Source of the DNA: Lacunisphaera sp.
Lineage (GTDB): Bacteria; Verrucomicrobiota; Verrucomicrobiia; Opitutales; Opitutaceae
Assembly: GCA_039807025.1 (NCBI GenBank)
Contig: JBDHQK010000001.1
Coordinates: 1,418 to 65,417, forward strand
DNA: 64,000 nucleotides
Direction of reading: 5' to 3'
A model generated the notes under the pieces. It did not search any database. It was not told the origin of the DNA and worked only from the letters and a program-made list of their open reading frames with translations. Position numbers and translations under genes: made by a program. Of the stretch, positions 24,358-33,379 are shown one piece after another (position 1 is the stretch's first letter; every line of letters starts with the position of its first letter).

Positions 24358-24400
24358 ATGTAAAGCACGCTTGACATGTGACAAGTTTGCTTTACATCTT
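24358..24400 (+). promoter_or_regulatory. Sigma70-like promoter overlapped by two tandem palindromic operators
   Basis: TTGACA at 24371-24376. ATGTAAAG-cacg-CTTGACAT is followed immediately by GTGACAAG-tttg-CTTTACAT. Confidence 0.7.
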
Positions 24401-24406
24401 CATCGC

Positions 24407-24814
24407 ATGACTCCCTCGCCTCACCCGGACAAACCCACCTCCCCCAAGATCAGCAAGACGCCCTACCTGCTCGCCTTGTTCACCTTCATTGTCGCCAACC
24501 GATTTGCCGACCAACTGATCGAGGCACAGCGCCCTCTCTGGCAATGGCTGCCGGTGGCCGGCGTGGCCGCTGCCGCCATGGTCTATGCGCTCTGGCGCGG
24601 CGAGATGGATTTCATGCGCAGCCAGGACGAACTGCAGCAAAAGATCCGCACGGAGGCGCTGGCCTACGCCTTCCCGGTCGCCCTCGGCGTTTTCATGCTG
24701 CTCGGCCGGCTGGACGCCGTCGGCCTGGCCTTTATCCCGGTGCACGCCTTTTGGATCCCGGCCACTCTGCCCTACTTCCTGATCCTGGCGGGGCTCAAGC
24801 GCCGCTACCAATGA
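24407..24814 (+). CDS. Small 4-TM membrane protein paired with an XRE regulator
   Basis: Four hydrophobic segments, QDELQQKI..EALA motif, ATGA overlap with the HTH gene. Confidence 0.75.
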   Translation: MTPSPHPDKPTSPKISKTPYLLALFTFIVANRFADQLIEAQRPLWQWLPVAGVAAAAMVYALWRGEMDFMRSQDELQQKIRTEALAYAFPVALGVFMLLGRLDAVGLAFIPVHAFWIPATLPYFLILAGLKRRYQ

Positions 24815-25008
24815 AAAACCAGGTCCCGGAACTCCGCGCCGCCAAAGGCTGGTCGCAGGGCGAACTGGCGGAGCGCCTCGGCGTCTCGCGGCAGACGATC
24901 AACGCCATCGAAACCGAGAAATACGACCCCAGCCTGCCCCTCGCCCTGCGGATCGCGCGCCTCTTTCGCCTGCCGGTCGAGAAAATCTTCTCACTCGGCG
25001 GCGAGTGA
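24811..25008 (+). CDS. XRE-family HTH transcriptional regulator (65 aa)
   Basis: MKNQVPELRAAKGWSQGELAERLGVSRQTINAIETEKYDPSLPLALRIARLF. Confidence 0.92.
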   Translation: MKNQVPELRAAKGWSQGELAERLGVSRQTINAIETEKYDPSLPLALRIARLFRLPVEKIFSLGGE

Positions 25009-25033
25009 GCGAAACACCTGCACCTGCCGCGGC

Positions 25034-25609
25034 TCAGCGCAGCTGCACCGGCTGCACTTTCACCAGTAGCGGCGCCTCGCGAATCTGCAGCCAGTAGACC
25101 CCCAGGAAGCCCGGGGTGATCCACACGGCCGGCGATTCCAGCGTCGGTCCTCTATACCACCCCGTCTCGGTCATCCGCCACACCTGTCCGTCCTGCAGCT
25201 CGAAGCTGCGCCGGCCGTTGAAGGTCTTCAAGCTGCCCACGAGGCGGCCTTCCATCGCCTCGGCCTTGTCCGGTTTTTCCGCCGTCTTGCGCAACGTGAC
25301 CAGAGCCGCAAACCAGCCGGGCTTCTTGCCGGCCTCCTTCGCTTCGGGCGCAGCCGCAGTGGCCTCGGCCTGCTTCACCTTCGCCTCGGCGGCGGCGACC
25401 GTCTTCTCGGCCTCCTGCCGCACGACGGCCACTTCCCCGGTCTTGTAGCGCTCGACTACGGCCTTGAGCCGGAGCAGCTCCTCCGGTGTGAGCTTCGCCA
25501 AGCCGGTCTGCGCCTGCTCGTCTGGTGTCATGCCCCGCGTGAAGTCACCCGCCCCGGCGAAAGCGGCGGCACCCAGCCACAGGCCGAGGATGGTCAGCAG
25601 TCGTCTCAT
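25034..25609 (-). CDS. Exported hypothetical protein
   Basis: Signal peptide MRRLLTILGLWLGAAAFAGA, GLAKLTPEEL, F-L-DGQVW motif. Confidence 0.7.
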   Translation of the reverse strand: MRRLLTILGLWLGAAAFAGAGDFTRGMTPDEQAQTGLAKLTPEELLRLKAVVERYKTGEVAVVRQEAEKTVAAAEAKVKQAEATAAAPEAKEAGKKPGWFAALVTLRKTAEKPDKAEAMEGRLVGSLKTFNGRRSFELQDGQVWRMTETGWYRGPTLESPAVWITPGFLGVYWLQIREAPLLVKVQPVQLR

Positions 25610-25726
25610 GGTGGAAATCTCTGCGCTTCGGCGGCGGCACGGCAACGCAATTTCGCGCGCCGCGCCGCCTACTCCGGCCTTGCAACCGCCCGGGGCGTGA
25701 GTCTCTTTCTGTCATCCGCCCCCTGC

Positions 25727-26206
25727 ATGGCCGCCCGTCTCTCCAGCCTCCTCTCGCCCGAACGCATCAATCTCGCCCTCGTCAGCACCAAGCGCACCGC
25801 CGCCATCAACGAGGTGGCCAAGCTGCTGGAGAGTGACCCGAACGTCGCCAGTTTCCCAGGCTTCTACCAGGAGCTCCTCGCCCGCGAGCGACTCGACACC
25901 ACCTGTCTCGGCAACGAGATCGCCCTGCCCCACGCCCGCACCGAGCACGTGAAGAAGATCGTCATCGCCGTCGGCCGCAGCGACAGCAGCGTGCACTTCG
26001 AGAACTGCGACCAGCAGGTGCGGCTCATGTTTGTGCTCGGCACTCCCAAGTCCAATCCCGGCGACTACCTGATGCTCGTCGGCTCGCTCTGCCGCCTGAT
26101 CAAGGAGGCCCCGCAGCGCGAGGCGATGTTTGCCGCCAAGACCCCCGAGGAGTTCATCGCCACGGTGAAGGAACTCGAGGACAAGGTCCTCGGCCCCGCA
26201 AAATAG
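25727..26206 (+). CDS. PTS IIA (Fru/Ntr-type) domain protein
   Basis: LLARERLDTTCLGNEIALPHAR with the phospho-acceptor His. Confidence 0.9.
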   Translation: MAARLSSLLSPERINLALVSTKRTAAINEVAKLLESDPNVASFPGFYQELLARERLDTTCLGNEIALPHARTEHVKKIVIAVGRSDSSVHFENCDQQVRLMFVLGTPKSNPGDYLMLVGSLCRLIKEAPQREAMFAAKTPEEFIATVKELEDKVLGPAK

Positions 26207-26228
26207 CCGCACACTGTGCGACGATCCG

Positions 26229-26264
26229 TGGAGGGCTCAGCTGGAGCTGAGCCCTCCAAAAAAA
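26229..26264 (+). terminator. Long perfect hairpin, terminator or REP-like
   Basis: TGGAGGGCTCAGCT-gg-AGCTGAGCCCTCCA followed by an A-run. The U-tract would be on the minus strand, so function is unclear. Confidence 0.45.
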
Positions 26265-26343
26265 CAACCGGCGCGGAGCGCCGGTTCCACCTGCACGCGG
26301 GGCTTGCCACTGTCGCGAGGCCGCGCAGCATCGCCGCAAACGC

Positions 26344-27315
26344 ATGATCCATTCCTTCATCTTCAGCGAGGGCAAGCTTGTGGGGCAGGATCTCGAGCTC
26401 GAGGCCCTGCGCCTCGTCCACGGCGACAAGGGCCTCATCGTGTGGGTGGATCTCGACAACCCCACCGACGACGAGATCAAGCACGTCCTCGAGGGCCTCT
26501 TCCAGTTCCACCCCCTCGCCATCGAGGACTGCATGACGCCCAGCCCGCTGCCGAAGGTCGAGGACTACGAGGACTATCTGTTCATGGTCACCCATGCGGT
26601 GGATTCCTCCCAGACGGACAAGTTCGCCACCACCGAGCTCGATCTCTTTCTCGGCAAGGAATACCTCGTCACCTTCCACCGCACCCCCCTGCGCTCGGTC
26701 ACCACCCTGATCGAGCGCCTGGCCAAGAATGTCGGCATCGGCCCGCGCGGCCCCGACCGCCTCGCCCACTCCCTGCTCGATCTGATCGTGGACAACTACG
26801 CCCCCATGGTCGCCGAGCTCCACACCAAGCTGGAGGAGATCGAGGACGCCGTGCTCACCCGGGAATCGGACAAGCAGTTCGTCGGCGAGCTGCTCGAGGT
26901 GCGCGGCGACTTCACCAAGCTCCGGCAGATCGTGCGGCCGCAACGCGACGTGATCGAGCGCCTCGCCCGCGGCGACAGCAAGATGATCCGCCCCAAGCTC
27001 CTCCCCTATTTCCGCGATCTGCGCGACAACCTCGTCCGCTACGAGGAGGCGGTCACCGGCTACCACGAGCGGCTGATGATGGCCTTCGACATCTATCTCA
27101 ACAAGGCCGCCGGCGAGGCCAACGAGGGCATCAAGTTCCTCACCGCTCTCACCGCCATCACCCTGCCCGTGATGGTCATCGGCACCTGGTATGGCATGAA
27201 CTTCGAGTTCATGCACGAGCTCCAGTCGCGCCACGGCTACAATTACGCCCTGGGCATCACCCTGCTCACAACGGTGATGATGGCGGTCTACCTGAAGAAG
27301 AAAAAGTGGTTCTGA
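26344..27315 (+). CDS. corA: CorA family Mg2+/Co2+ transporter
   Basis: WVDL..FHPLAIEDC..PKVE, YGMNF signature between two C-terminal TMs. Confidence 0.95.
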   Translation: MIHSFIFSEGKLVGQDLELEALRLVHGDKGLIVWVDLDNPTDDEIKHVLEGLFQFHPLAIEDCMTPSPLPKVEDYEDYLFMVTHAVDSSQTDKFATTELDLFLGKEYLVTFHRTPLRSVTTLIERLAKNVGIGPRGPDRLAHSLLDLIVDNYAPMVAELHTKLEEIEDAVLTRESDKQFVGELLEVRGDFTKLRQIVRPQRDVIERLARGDSKMIRPKLLPYFRDLRDNLVRYEEAVTGYHERLMMAFDIYLNKAAGEANEGIKFLTALTAITLPVMVIGTWYGMNFEFMHELQSRHGYNYALGITLLTTVMMAVYLKKKKWF

Positions 27316-27322
27316 GCGCCCG

Positions 27323-28957
27323 GTGCCCGCCGTGAATCCGGACATGCCCGGTCTCCTCGCCTTCCTCGCGGCCGCCGGGCTCGCGGTCGCCCGCGCCGCC
27401 CGGCCGGACGTGCGCGCGTGGTGGGCCAAGCGCCGTGTCTTTCTCGCGCTGCTCGCCGCCGCGTTGTTCCTCGGCCAGCGCGACGCGCTCCGCGCCAACT
27501 TCCAGCTCTGGAATCCCGACGAAAGCCAGATGATCGCCGGCGCACTCGTCCTGTCCGAGCGCCCGGTTTTTTGGCGCGATGTGGACGGCACCACGCACGG
27601 CCCGCTCAACCAGTGGCCGCTGCTCCTGCCCGCCCTCGTCGGCGCCCGCGTGGACTACACCTCGGCCCGCGTCGTCGGCGCGCTCCTGACCATCCTGCTG
27701 CTGTCCAGCCTGCTGGTCGCGCTGGCGCGGCGGATGCCCGAGGGCCTCGCGCGCCTCCTCGTCCTGCCCGGTTGGGCGCTGTTCATCTTCAACCAGGACC
27801 CCGAGATTTCCCAATACACCAGCGAGCTGCCGCCTGCCTTGTCGCTGATGGTCGCCGTGGCCCTGCTGCCCGCCGCCGGCCCGGTGTCGGCGCGGCGGCT
27901 GTTCGCCGTCGGCCTCTGTTGCGGGGCGGCGCCGCTCGCCAAGCTCCAGGTCGCGCCATCCGCCGCGTGGCTGCTGGTGGCCGCCGCCATCATTGCGTTC
28001 CGGTCGAGCCGGGGCCGCGGGTTGGGCGCGTTGCTCGCGGGTGCCGCGTTGCCCGCGCTGCTCTTTGTCGGCTCCGCCGCCGCGGCGGGGGCCTTCGCCG
28101 ATTTTCGCATCCGCTACCTTGAGACCAATCTCCTCGGCTACGCCGCGCAGGGACAGAAGTATTTCAACAACGAGCCGCCGCGGCCGGACATGCTCTTCGG
28201 CTTCGGCTGGTTCCTCTGGCCCGTGGCCGGAGCCGCGGCCCTGGCCCTCGCCGGGCTTTTTCGCGCCCGGATCAGGCCCGACCGGGGCTTCCTCGCGCTG
28301 GCCGCAGGGCTCGTCGCGACGACCCTGTTCGCGATTTATTTCCCGAACAAGCCGTTCGCCCATTACTTTCTCCTGCTCGTCACGCCGCTGCTCCTGCTCC
28401 TCGGCGCGGCGGCGGCGCCTTGGCTCGGGGCGCTCCTCGAGAGGGCCTCCACCCTGCGCCGTGCCGGCATTGCGGTCGCGCTCCTCGCCGTGTTGGCCGC
28501 TCCGGTTGTGATGCATCACTTCCGGCATCCGGGTTATCTGCGCGCCATCCTGCCGACGCGGGCGGCGGTCCCACGCCCTCTCATCGAGACGCTCCAACGC
28601 CACACCCGGCCTGGCGACGGCCTCGCCGTCTGGGGCTGGCAGCCCGCACTCTACGTTTTCACCCAGACCGTCTCCGCCACGCCCGACCTCATCGTCTTCT
28701 GGCAGGTCGTGCCTTCCGCCCGGCAGGAATTCTACCAAGCCCGCTACCTGCGCGCCCTCGCCGCCCGTCCGCCCGTCGTCTTCGTGGACACGATGGGCCC
28801 GGCCGACTTCTTTTTCTTCCGCCGGGGCGGGGAGACCCAGCACGAGCGCTTCGCCGCCCTGCGCGACTTTATCGATGCGAACTACACCCTTGTGGAAACC
28901 GTCTCCGACTCACGGATCTACCTCCGCCGCGACCTGACCGGTCGTTTCCCACCCTGA
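27323..28957 (+). CDS. Polytopic membrane protein, GT-C (ArnT/PMT-like) glycosyltransferase candidate
   Basis: NPDESQM in the first loop, HGPL, many TMs, HYFLLL, C-terminal periplasmic domain (VWGWQPALY). Confidence 0.65.
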   Translation: MPAVNPDMPGLLAFLAAAGLAVARAARPDVRAWWAKRRVFLALLAAALFLGQRDALRANFQLWNPDESQMIAGALVLSERPVFWRDVDGTTHGPLNQWPLLLPALVGARVDYTSARVVGALLTILLLSSLLVALARRMPEGLARLLVLPGWALFIFNQDPEISQYTSELPPALSLMVAVALLPAAGPVSARRLFAVGLCCGAAPLAKLQVAPSAAWLLVAAAIIAFRSSRGRGLGALLAGAALPALLFVGSAAAAGAFADFRIRYLETNLLGYAAQGQKYFNNEPPRPDMLFGFGWFLWPVAGAAALALAGLFRARIRPDRGFLALAAGLVATTLFAIYFPNKPFAHYFLLLVTPLLLLLGAAAAPWLGALLERASTLRRAGIAVALLAVLAAPVVMHHFRHPGYLRAILPTRAAVPRPLIETLQRHTRPGDGLAVWGWQPALYVFTQTVSATPDLIVFWQVVPSARQEFYQARYLRALAARPPVVFVDTMGPADFFFFRRGGETQHERFAALRDFIDANYTLVETVSDSRIYLRRDLTGRFPP

Positions 28958-29018
28958 CTGTGCCGGTGCCGCCGCACTCCCCGCTTGCCAGCCGGAGCGG
29001 CCCGGCAATCTTGCCCCG

Positions 29019-30389
29019 ATGCGCCTACTATCCCGCTTCACCTCTCTCGCGCTGTGCGCTGCCGCCTGCCTGAATCCGCTGGTCGCCGCCGATGCGCCGA
29101 GTGCCGACGAGCAGATGCTCCACGCGCTCTACACGACCGCACTCACCACCAGCCCGGCCTACGAAAATCTCCGCGAGCTGACCACAAAGTATCCCGGGCG
29201 TCTCGCCGGCTCAAAGAACCTCGCGGACGCCGTCCACTGGGGCGAGGCCGTGCTCCAGGCCTCCGGTGCCGACCGCACCGAGCTCCAGCCGGTCATGGTG
29301 CCACACTGGGAGCGCGGCGCACCCGAAAGCGTCAGGCTTGGCACGCACTCCCTCGCCGCCGCGGCCCTCGGCAACTCCGGCGCCACCCCCGCGGGCGGGC
29401 TCACCGCCCCGGTCATTGAGCTGCAATCTCTCGACGCCCTCGCCTCCGCCGATGTGAAGGGCAAGATCGTCTTCTTCAACCGGCCGATGAACCCCCGGCA
29501 CATCTCCACCGGCCTCGCCTACGGCGAAGCCGGCGACCAGCGCAACCGCGGCCCGGCCGCCGCCGCCAAGCGCGGTGCCGTCGGCGTGCTTGTGCGCTCG
29601 CTGACCCTCGCGCTCGACGATCATCCCCACACCGGCAACACCACCTTCCCGCCCGACATTCCGCGCATTCCCGCCGTCGCCCTCAGCACCGTCGCCGCCG
29701 ACCACCTGAGCGCCGCGATCAGGCAGGACCCGGCCCTGACGGTGGAAATGCAGGTTCACTCCCGCACCCACGAGGACGCGTTGTCGCACAACGTCCTCGG
29801 CGAGCTCAAGGGCTCGGTTTTCCCGGAAAAAATCATCCTCGTCGGCGGCCACCTGGACTCCTGGGACATCGCGCCCGGCGCGCACGACGACGGCGCCGGC
29901 TGCGTGCAATCCATCGAGGTGCTGCGCCTGCTCAAGGCCGTCGGCTACACCCCGCGCCACACGCTGCGCGTGGTGTTGTTCACCAACGAGGAAAACGGCC
30001 TGCGCGGCGCCACGGCCTACTCCACGGCGGCCAAGGCGAAGAACGAGGTCCATGTGCTCGCCTTGGAAACCGACAGCGGCGGCTACCAGCCGCGCAGCTT
30101 CAACCTGGGCAACGCCGCCGGCAACGCCCACCAGCTCGCTGCGCGCTGGCAGCCCCTCTTCGCCCCCTACGGCGTGGGCCATTTCCAGAAAGGCACCGGC
30201 GGCGCCGATGTCGGCCCGCTGCTCGCCCATGGCGCGACCGTCGCCGGACTCACGCCGGACTCGCAACGCTACTTCGACATCCACCACACCGCCGAGGATT
30301 CCCTCGACAAGGTGAACAAGCGCGAGCTCGAGCTCGGCGCCGCCGCGATGGCCGCGCTGGTTTATCTCGTGGACCAGCACGGCCTCTAA
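29019..30389 (+). CDS. M28 family metallopeptidase with PA domain (carboxypeptidase Q-like), exported
   Basis: Signal peptide, GGHLDSWD, GAHDDGAG, TNEENGLRG, ETDSG, YFDIHHT. Confidence 0.92.
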   Translation: MRLLSRFTSLALCAAACLNPLVAADAPSADEQMLHALYTTALTTSPAYENLRELTTKYPGRLAGSKNLADAVHWGEAVLQASGADRTELQPVMVPHWERGAPESVRLGTHSLAAAALGNSGATPAGGLTAPVIELQSLDALASADVKGKIVFFNRPMNPRHISTGLAYGEAGDQRNRGPAAAAKRGAVGVLVRSLTLALDDHPHTGNTTFPPDIPRIPAVALSTVAADHLSAAIRQDPALTVEMQVHSRTHEDALSHNVLGELKGSVFPEKIILVGGHLDSWDIAPGAHDDGAGCVQSIEVLRLLKAVGYTPRHTLRVVLFTNEENGLRGATAYSTAAKAKNEVHVLALETDSGGYQPRSFNLGNAAGNAHQLAARWQPLFAPYGVGHFQKGTGGADVGPLLAHGATVAGLTPDSQRYFDIHHTAEDSLDKVNKRELELGAAAMAALVYLVDQHGL

Positions 30390-30398
30390 GCCCACCGG

Positions 30399-31064
30399 TC
30401 AGAACAAATCCCCCTGCTGCAGCGCGCCGCGCTTGTCCGCGTCGAGCGTGCTCATCTGCAGCAACCAGGGTATCGTCGCCGCCGCGCATTCCGGCCGCCT
30501 GAGCAAGGCCCGCAGCAACAATGCCCCGGCCAGCGCATCGTAGAGCGCCGCGTGGTAGCGGCGCCGTTCCGGCGGACAGTGCTGGCGCGAGACGATCTCC
30601 AGCTCAGGCTGCAGCCCCTGCCGGATGACCAGATCCTCGAGCCGCACCGACCCGAGCCCGGGAAAGAGCTGCGGATAAAGCCGGCCCGTATCAATCCACG
30701 GCCCCCACTCGTTCGCGAGCTTGCCCGGACGCGCGAAATCCGGTGATTGGCGCGGATACGGCCACACCTTGCGCAGGAGTGAGTTCTCCACCGGGGCGAA
30801 GTGCGCGGCCAGCGGCCCCGTCTCCCTCAACCCCGCGAAGCGTTCCCACTCCGCCGCGAAATACGCCTGGCTGGCCAGCCCATCGGCACTCAGCCCGTGG
30901 ACCTTGGTGTCGTCCGCCGCCACCGGCCCGGTCGCCCGGCACAGCCGCGTGTGCGTCGTGACGATCTCCCCGCCCAGCAACGTCACCACCCCGAGTTCCA
31001 GGATGCCGCTCGCGGCACTGCCCTCGAAGTCGATGAAATGGATCGGCGTGTTGGCCCAGGACAT
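30399..31064 (-). CDS. DEDDh 3'-5' exonuclease (DnaQ-like)
   Basis: IDFEG, VHGL, AHFAPVE, IDT, HAALYDA. Confidence 0.82.
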   Translation of the reverse strand: MSWANTPIHFIDFEGSAASGILELGVVTLLGGEIVTTHTRLCRATGPVAADDTKVHGLSADGLASQAYFAAEWERFAGLRETGPLAAHFAPVENSLLRKVWPYPRQSPDFARPGKLANEWGPWIDTGRLYPQLFPGLGSVRLEDLVIRQGLQPELEIVSRQHCPPERRRYHAALYDALAGALLLRALLRRPECAAATIPWLLQMSTLDADKRGALQQGDLF

Positions 31065-31069
31065 GAGGG

Positions 31070-31152
31070 AACCACAGAACACACGGAGCACACGGAAATC
31101 GACCCAGAACAGCTTGGTCTCGGCCCTCCGTGTATCTGTGTGTTCCGTGGTT
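31070..31152. repeat. 9-nt-periodic inverted repeat (REP-like)
   Basis: AACCACAGAACACACGGAGCACACGGA ... TCCGTGTATCTGTGTGTTCCGTGGTT. Confidence 0.7.
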
Positions 31153-31155
31153 AGT

Positions 31156-31509
31156 TCACTTCCGCTTTTTCCACTCCGCCGTGACGACGGACGAGAAGCC
31201 GCCGCGGGCTTTCCACTTCGAAATGATCGTCAGGCTGCGCGGCTTGAGCGCGTTGCCGAGGTCATCGCAGATCTGGTTGGTCGCCGCCTCGAAGAAGATG
31301 CCCTCGTTGCGGTAGGCATGGAAATAGAGCTTCAGCGACTTCAGCTCGACGCACTTCTTGTCCGCCACGTAGCGGACGGTGATCTCAGCGAAGTCCGGGT
31401 GGCCCGTCATCGGGCACACCGAGGTGAACTCGTGGTGCGTGTGCTCGATGAGAAAATCGCGGTGCGGCGCGGGATTCGGAAAGGTTTCGAGGATTTTTTT
31501 GTCAGCCAT
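31156..31509 (-). CDS. queF: PreQ0 reductase QueF (short, type I)
   Basis: LETFPNP, EFTSVCPMTGHPDFA, VELKSLKLYF, ARGG. Confidence 0.95.
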   Translation of the reverse strand: MADKKILETFPNPAPHRDFLIEHTHHEFTSVCPMTGHPDFAEITVRYVADKKCVELKSLKLYFHAYRNEGIFFEAATNQICDDLGNALKPRSLTIISKWKARGGFSSVVTAEWKKRK

Positions 31510-31510
31510 G

Positions 31511-31606
31511 GGAGTTGGGAGTTTTAAGGTGGAAGAGCGTGAGGTTTAAGTTGGAGTCAAGGCCGCCGAGGGAGAGGCTTAAATCCTGCGCTCTTAAACC
31601 TTACAC
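31511..31606. repeat. Degenerate heptamer repeats forming an imperfect inverted repeat in the rny-queF spacer
   Basis: gagttgg-gagtttt-aaggtgg-aagagcg-tgaggtt-taag ... cttaaat-cctgcgc-tcttaaa-ccttaca. Confidence 0.45.
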
Positions 31607-33190
31607 CTATGTGGCCGTTTCGGTGTAGCGCTGTTCGCGGATGACGGTGATCTTGATGGTGCTCGGGTAGTCGAGTTCCTGCTCGATCTTCAGGCGCAGC
31701 GCCTTGGCCAGGGCCTGGGCCTGATCGTCGGTGACCACGCTCGGCTGCACCACGACCCGCACCTCGCGGCCGGCCTGGATGGCGAAGGCCAGCTGCACGC
31801 CGGGCATCGTCATCGCCAGTTTCTCGAGACGGCCGAGCCGCTCGATGTAGGAGGTCATGGACTCGGCGCGGGCGCCGGGCCGGGCCGCCGAGATGGAATC
31901 GGCCAGGATGACGAGACCCGCATACACTGTCTCGGGCTTCACCTCGGCGTGATGGGCGGCGACGGCGTTGACCACGATGTCGGTCTCGCCGTAGCGGCGG
32001 ATGAAGTCCGCGCCGATGAGCGCGTGGCTGCCCTCGTATTCGCCCTCGATGGCCTTGCCGATATCGTGCAGCAGGCCGGCGCGCTTGGCCACCTGCGGCT
32101 CCAGGCCGAGCTCGGCCGCCAGCATGGCGCAGAGCTGGGCCACCTCGATGGAGTGATCGAGGACATTCTGGTTGTAGGAGAAGCGGAAGCGGAGCTTGCC
32201 CAGGAGCTTGATGCTTTCGGGGTGCAGGCCGGAGATTTTCAGGCGGTCCACAGCCTCCTCGCCGATCTGCGCCACATGCAGGTCCAGATCCTGGCGCGCG
32301 CGGCCGACGAACTCCTCGATGCTGGCGGGGTGAATGCGCCCGTCCTTGATGAGCCCCTCCAGTGCGAGCTTGGCCACCTCCCGGCGCACCGGATCGAACG
32401 AGGAGATGAGCACCATCTGCGGCGACTCATCGATCAGCAGGGAGGTGCTGGTCGCGGCCTCGAAGGATTTGATGTTGCGGCCCTCGCGACCGATGATGCG
32501 GCCCTTCATCTCCTCGTTGGGCAGCTGGACGATGGTGGCCGTGAGGTCGTTGTTCGGCTTGCTGGCCAGCCGCTGCATCGTGGCGACGAGGATGCGCTGG
32601 CCCTCGTGCACGAGATCCTGCTCGGACTTTTCCAACAACTCCTTGCGCAGGGCGCGCAGCTCCTCCTGGCATTCGAAGACCACTTCCTCGCGCAGCTGCT
32701 GGCGGACCTCCTCGCCGTCGAGCGCGGCGACGCCCTCGAGGCGCTTGCGCAGGCTGCGGGAGAGGTCGCGCATGGCGTCGCGGGCCTGCCGGATGGCGGC
32801 GGTTTCGCGGGCGAGGCGCTCCTGCCGCTGCTCCAGCTGGTGATCGAGCAGGCCCAAGGATTCCTCGTGGGAACGGATTTCGCGCAGCATCAGCTCGATC
32901 TCGATCTTGCGGCGGTCGAAATCCCGGTTCAGCTCCGCCTCGCGGTCGCGAATCTCCGCCTCGGCCTGATTGATGATTTCCTGCGCCGCGACGGCGGCCT
33001 CTCGCTTGGCCAGTTCCAGATGGGCGGCGGCACTTTGCTCGGCGAGACGGCGACGCTGCCGCGACAGGAGCCATACGCCAAGGAGGCCGCCCACGGCACC
33101 GACTAGGCCGGCCAGCCCCAAGGCCCACAGATACGGCTCGGCCGCTCCGGGCGTGATGATTGGCTTGGCGGCTGCGATGAAGGTCAGCAT
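31607..33190 (-). CDS. rny: Ribonuclease Y
   Basis: N-terminal TM, coiled coil, KH (KGRIIGREGRNI), HD (GLLHDIGK), ADSISAARPGAR, AIQAGREVRV. Confidence 0.95.
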   Translation of the reverse strand: MLTFIAAAKPIITPGAAEPYLWALGLAGLVGAVGGLLGVWLLSRQRRRLAEQSAAAHLELAKREAAVAAQEIINQAEAEIRDREAELNRDFDRRKIEIELMLREIRSHEESLGLLDHQLEQRQERLARETAAIRQARDAMRDLSRSLRKRLEGVAALDGEEVRQQLREEVVFECQEELRALRKELLEKSEQDLVHEGQRILVATMQRLASKPNNDLTATIVQLPNEEMKGRIIGREGRNIKSFEAATSTSLLIDESPQMVLISSFDPVRREVAKLALEGLIKDGRIHPASIEEFVGRARQDLDLHVAQIGEEAVDRLKISGLHPESIKLLGKLRFRFSYNQNVLDHSIEVAQLCAMLAAELGLEPQVAKRAGLLHDIGKAIEGEYEGSHALIGADFIRRYGETDIVVNAVAAHHAEVKPETVYAGLVILADSISAARPGARAESMTSYIERLGRLEKLAMTMPGVQLAFAIQAGREVRVVVQPSVVTDDQAQALAKALRLKIEQELDYPSTIKITVIREQRYTETAT

Positions 33191-33379
33191 CTCAGGGGTG
33201 GCGACCCTAGGTGCGCCACCCCGCTTGGCAATCTTACAAAGGGTCGGTTTTACAAGGCGGCTGCTGCCCGTGGCAGCCGCGCCACAGATCGCACTCTAAG
33301 CCCGGGCGAGCAACCAATCCCCGGCACTGCGCCGTTGCCAGCGGCGGTCGCGGGTGTTTAGTGGCGGGCTTCCCACCTC

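Noticed and set aside
31510-31606. PreQ1 riboswitch upstream of queF
   Set aside because: No recognisable preQ1 stem-loop with an A-rich tail. The spacer is filled by heptamer repeats.
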